The notes under the pieces are model-generated. The model worked only from the letters and a program-made list of their open reading frames with translations, was not told the origin of the DNA and searched no databases. This document shows, piece by piece, positions 61,324-64,000 of a stretch of 64,000 nucleotides of DNA. The DNA is from the human T2T-CHM13v2.0 reference genome, Homo sapiens, in the NCBI RefSeq assembly GCF_009914755.1, contig NC_060936.1; one strand, written 5' to 3'. Each line of letters starts with the position of its first letter. The first letter of the stretch is position 1. Made by a program: the position numbers and the translations under genes.

Positions 61324-61713
61324 CAGAGATGACTCGGTTGAGACTTGAATTTTGAGCGAGGAGAGTGAGCAGTGGGAAAGCGAGCCTGGAGGGCGCAGAC
61401 GGACGACTAGCTGTGCTCGAGGGTGCGGAAACAGCAGGGTGGGGGGAGTTGGGAATAATTTTAGGACGTCACTGTGACAAAATCTGAATGGAGAACACGG
61501 CTGGGCGCGGTGGCTCACGCCTGTAATCCCAGCACTCTGGGAGGCCGAGGCGGGTGGATCACGAGGTCAGGAGTTCAAGACCAGCCTGGACAAGATGGTG
61601 AAACGGGGTCTCTACTAAAAATACAAAAAAATCAGCGGGGTGCGGTGGGCAGGCGCCTGTAATCCCAGCTAGTCGGGAGGCTGAGGCACGAGAATCGCTT
61701 GAACCCGGGCGGC

Positions 61714-62121
61714 AGTTTGCAGCGAGCCGAGATCGCGCCAGTGCACTCCAGCCTGAGCGACAGACTTCGTCTCAAAAAGAAAACAACAGTGCGAGAGAAA
61801 GAAAACAGGACAGCCAGCTGGCAAGAAAAGTCAACACCGCCCTGCATTTACCTTAAAAGTAGAGATCACAAAATCAGCAACTCCAACTTTCACAAACGGA
61901 AATCGCTAAACAGGGGTTCGGCAAAGTTTGCAGCGAGCCGAGATCACGCCAGTGCACTCCAGCCTGAGCGACAGACTTCGTCTCAAAAAGAAAACAGTGC
62001 GAGAAAGAAAACAGGACAGCCAACTGGCAAGAAAAGTCAACACCGCCCTGCTTTTACCTTAAAAGTAGAGATCACAAAATCAGCAACTCCAACTTTCATA
62101 AACGCAAATCACTAAAACAGG
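61714..62121. repeat. Tandem duplication of about 200 bp (61714-61914 and 61925-62121) between the two U4 genes
   Basis: Both copies start AGTTTGCAGCGAGCCGAGATC (an Alu 3' end) and run through unique sequence to ...CTAAA(A)CAGG, with scattered substitutions and small indels. Confidence 0.93.
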
Positions 62122-62246
62122 TAAACTTGCAGGTGCTCTCGCGAATCAGCTGGTAAGACACTTCCCCATCTCTCATTTAGAGAGTTTGCGAACAAGTACT
62201 CTTCAACCTCCCAAAACCAAACACCCCCACACACACAAAAAAAGCC

Positions 62247-62259
62247 TCTGTTGTTCAAC
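62247..62259 (-). terminator. Probable 3' box of RNU4-1
   Basis: GTTGAACAACAGA about 10 nt downstream of the mature end. Confidence 0.6.
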
Positions 62260-62269
62260 TGCAAAAAAT

Positions 62270-62414
62270 TCAGTCTCCGTAGAGACTGTCAAAAATTGCC
62301 AGTGCCGACTATATTGCAAGTCGTCACGGCGGGGTATTGGGAAAAGTTTTCAATTAGCAATAATCGCGCCTCGGATAGACCTCATGGGCTACGATACTGC
62401 CACTGCGCAAAGCT
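62270..62414 (-). ncRNA. RNU4-1: U4 spliceosomal snRNA gene RNU4-1 (145 nt)
   Basis: Second full-length U4 copy, 1333 bp from the first, in the same orientation. Diagnostic bases C37, G88, C99, C113, plus C at n.29. It has its own PSE, SPH/octamer-like distal element and 3' box. Confidence 0.96.
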
Positions 62415-62457
62415 AATTTGTTACGCCCCCTGCTCATCACTCCCAATAAGCCAGCTT

Positions 62458-62475
62458 CCTATTTCGCAAAGGTGA
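62458..62475 (-). promoter_or_regulatory. Proximal sequence element of RNU4-1
   Basis: TCACCTTTGCGAAATAGG at -61 to -44. Confidence 0.85.
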
Positions 62476-62611
62476 GTTTAGGGCCTATGGAAAAATCTTC
62501 ACTTATTGCTTGCTTGAAAATTATACAATCATAGAAAGATGTTTGTGACCTGCGTAGGTGGTTTCTGCATATCGTTGCTGATTTCACTTAGCTAGGTTTT
62601 TGTTGATATGA

Positions 62612-62641
62612 AGCAAAGCACTATGGGAGGAACATGCTAAT
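62612..62641 (-). promoter_or_regulatory. Distal sequence element of RNU4-1: SPH/ZNF143-type site plus imperfect octamer
   Basis: Minus strand CCTCCCATAGTGCTTTGCT (62630-62612) resembles the Staf/ZNF143 site. ATGCTAAT at 62634-62641 (-220 to -227) has one mismatch to ATGCAAAT. Confidence 0.75.
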
Positions 62642-62789
62642 AGACTTAATTCAGAGACTGCGAAGGGCTTTTGAGAGAAAAGGGATCAAAATCAGGGTTC
62701 TGTTCACTTGGCTCCAGATTCAGTGTAACAGACTTCTCCAAAGACGATTATTGTTTTGTCTTTTTTCTTTTTCAAACTTTTTTTTAAAT

Positions 62790-63842
<1,053 letters not shown>

Positions 63843-64000
63843 TGATCCTCCTCCCACTTCAGCTGGATACTTTCTGTATTTTTCGTACAGACAGGATCTC
63901 ACCATGTTGCCCAGGCTGGTCTCGAACTCCTGGGCCCAAGTGATCCTCCCATCTTGGCCTCCCAAAGTGCTGGGACTATAGGCATGAGCTGCCGCCCGGA

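Noticed and set aside
60963-61355. 130-aa plus-strand ORF and its apparent paralog at 62251-62475 (shared ...AGYWEKFSISNNRASD...)
   Set aside because: The shared peptide is just the antisense translation of the two U4 snRNA genes; there is no evidence of a protein family.

Overview
Human genomic DNA, recognised as the 12q24 PXN / NME2P1 / RNU4-2 / RNU4-1 locus (from memory, SIRT4 lies just to the right of the window). It is very Alu-dense. Positions 1-34780 are the 5' part of paxillin (PXN) intron 1 on the minus strand. The only real coding sequence is the 13-nt first coding segment of PXN (M-D-D-L-, 34781-34793), inside a CpG-island promoter. The window also holds a decayed RPS20 retrocopy inserted into an old L1, a full-structure antisense SVA, and an almost intact NME2 retrocopy. 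At the right end are two tandem minus-strand U4 spliceosomal snRNA genes, each with its own PSE, distal element and 3' box. The U4 pair is the most important part. RNU4-2 is the known ReNU-syndrome gene, and here it reads as the reference allele in the critical n.62-79 region. The two copies have different enhancers. RNU4-1 carries a C at n.29 in the kink-turn bulge, where RNU4-2 has A. Both PSEs double as opposite-strand splice donors, and direct repeats bracket RNU4-2. Nearly all ORFs in the supplied track are Alu, SVA or GC-rich artefacts. There are no prokaryotic-type systems or CRISPR arrays. All identifications come from reading the sequence plus recalled reference sequences; no database search was run.
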